From contig CAVVUS010000030.1 in NCBI GenBank assembly GCA_963751345.1, positions 352,001 through 416,000 of the forward strand: a stretch of 64,000 bases of DNA, written 5' to 3'. Both the position numbers and the translations under genes were made by a program. Of this stretch, positions 62,524-64,000 are shown in pieces; position 1 is the stretch's first letter, and each line of letters starts with the position of its first letter. The stretch is from an uncultured Chloroflexia bacterium (GTDB taxonomy: Bacteria > Chloroflexota > Anaerolineae > B4-G1 > SLSP01). The notes beneath the pieces are model-generated. The model ran no database searches. It saw only the letters and a program-made list of their open reading frames with translations, and was not told where the DNA came from.

Positions 62524-64000
62524 CTAGTCCGCGGCAGCGGCCCAGGTGTAGTCCATGTCGGCCATCTGCTTGTACTGGTTCCAACGGGCCTTGGCGTCCG
62601 CGCGCGCGAGGTTCAGCAGGACCTCAGCCCGCTCGGGCTGGGACTGCAGGAGCGTGCGGAAGCGGATCTCGTTGTACATGTAGTCCTTGACGTCCGCCTT
62701 GGGCTCGCGGGAGTCCAACTGGAGCGGGTTCTTGCCCTGGGCGATCAGGCGCGGGTCGTAGCGGTAGAGCATCCACGCACCGGAGTCGACCGCCAGTTTC
62801 TGCTGGGAGAATCCCTGCTTCATCTGCGGGATGCCCCAGGAGATGCAGTGGCTGTAGGCGATGACGAGGCTCGGGCCGTCGTAGGACTCGGCCTCAGAGA
62901 TCGCGCGCAGTGCCTGCGCATCGTTGGCACCCATCGCGATCTGCGCGACGAAGATGTTGCCGTAGGTCATGGCGATCATGCCCAGGTCCTTCTTGGGCAA
63001 GCCACGACCGGCGTAGGCGAACTTCGCGACGGCACCCCGCGGGGTCGCCTTGGACATCTGGCCGCCGGTGTTGGAGTAGACCTGCGTGTCCAACACGAGG
63101 ACGTTGACGTTGCGACCCTGGGCCAGGACGTGGTCGAGGCCACCATAGCCGATGTCGTAGGCCCAACCGTCTCCACCGAAGATCCAGACGGAGCGGCGCA
63201 CGAGCACGTCGGAGAGGCTCAGGAGGTCCTTGGCCTTGGGGCTGTTGTCTCCTTCGAGGCGGGTGCGCAGCAGGGCAACGCGTTCGCGCTGTGCGGCGTA
63301 GTCGGCCTCGGTGAGCTGCTCGGCACTCAGGATCGCGTCGACCAGGTCTTCACCCACGGTGCCGGCAAACCCCTGCAGCAGTTCGCGGGCATATTCTTCC
63401 TGCTTGTCCAGCGTCAGGCGGAAGCCATAGCCGAACTCGGCGTTGTCCTCGAAGAGGCTGTTGTTCCAGGCAGGGCCCTGACCCGCGGCGTTGGTGGTGT
63501 AGGGGGTGGTGGGCAGGTAGCCGCCGTAGATGGACGAGCACCCGGTGGCGTTGGCGATCACGGCGCGATCGCCGAAGAGCTGGCTGACCAGGCGGACGTA
63601 GGGCGTCTCGCCGCAGCCCGCGCACGCGCCGGAGAACTCGAAGAGCGGACGGAGGAGCTGTGAGCCCTTGACCGTCTTGAGGTTGAGCTCGGTGCGGTCG
63701 TAGTCAGGGATTTGGTTGAAGAAGAAGTCCCAGTAGCCGCTCTCCCGCTCGCGAATGTCGAAGACGGGGGTCATGTTGATGGCCTTGCGGCCGGGGTCAT
63801 CGCGATCCTTGGCCGGGCAGACCTCAACACAGAGCCCACATCCCGTGCAGTCCTCGATGCTTTCCTGGACGGTGAACATCTTGCCGGAGAACTCGCGACC
63901 GCGGGCCTCCGCAGAGCGGAATCCCGCCGGCGCATCGGCGAGCAGGCCGGCATCGTAGGCCTTGATGCGAATCACGGCGTGGGGGCAGGCCATCGCGCAC
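62524..64000 (-). CDS. nifJ: Pyruvate:ferredoxin (flavodoxin) oxidoreductase, C-terminal part
   Basis: CPHAVIR, DCTGCGLC, FSGACAGCGETPY, ANATGCSSIYGG, GGDGWAYDIG and YSNTGGQMSK motifs. Confidence 0.96.
   Translation of the reverse strand, partial: CAMACPHAVIRIKAYDAGLLADAPAGFRSAEARGREFSGKMFTVQESIEDCTGCGLCVEVCPAKDRDDPGRKAINMTPVFDIRERESGYWDFFFNQIPDYDRTELNLKTVKGSQLLRPLFEFSGACAGCGETPYVRLVSQLFGDRAVIANATGCSSIYGGYLPTTPYTTNAAGQGPAWNNSLFEDNAEFGYGFRLTLDKQEEYARELLQGFAGTVGEDLVDAILSAEQLTEADYAAQRERVALLRTRLEGDNSPKAKDLLSLSDVLVRRSVWIFGGDGWAYDIGYGGLDHVLAQGRNVNVLVLDTQVYSNTGGQMSKATPRGAVAKFAYAGRGLPKKDLGMIAMTYGNIFVAQIAMGANDAQALRAISEAESYDGPSLVIAYSHCISWGIPQMKQGFSQQKLAVDSGAWMLYRYDPRLIAQGKNPLQLDSREPKADVKDYMYNEIRFRTLLQSQPERAEVLLNLARADAKARWNQYKQMADMDYTWAAAAD

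Overview
GC-rich window, probably from a Chloroflexota (Anaerolineae-like) genome. The taxon call is inferred from a C-terminal YLPLV-type motif, a Ser/Thr kinase with an NBR1-like Ig domain and the intergenic repeat types. About 15 otherwise intact genes carry single-base frameshifts, most likely uncorrected long-read errors. Layout: (1) 1-27 kb, a minus-strand carbohydrate-utilisation locus with a GH38 alpha-mannosidase, three GxGYxYP-family proteins, an unknown glycosidase-like protein, a beta-helix protein, five Gfo/Idh/MocA oxidoreductases, an Opp-type ABC importer and a GntR/LacI regulator. (2) 27-39.6 kb, housekeeping genes: coaE, ABC-F, 1-phosphofructokinase, Ser/Thr kinase, pcm, DUF364, DUF2085 and an aminotransferase-V/PGDH/DUF1015/HAD serine-type operon. 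(3) 39.6-62.5 kb, an accessory and defence region with AbiE, an HNH nuclease, an Abi_C protein, Mrr, a C5-MTase-Vsr-HNH cassette, many toxin-antitoxin modules and gene remnants. (4) The 3' half of pyruvate:ferredoxin oxidoreductase (PFOR). Two observations stand out. First, a c-di-AMP (ydaO-type) riboswitch with terminator controls only an unannotated 51-aa ORF. Second, displaced copies of the PFOR 3' end punctuate a nested array of small toxin-antitoxin cassettes, with no integrase in the window. All calls come from reading motifs by eye; no database searches were run.
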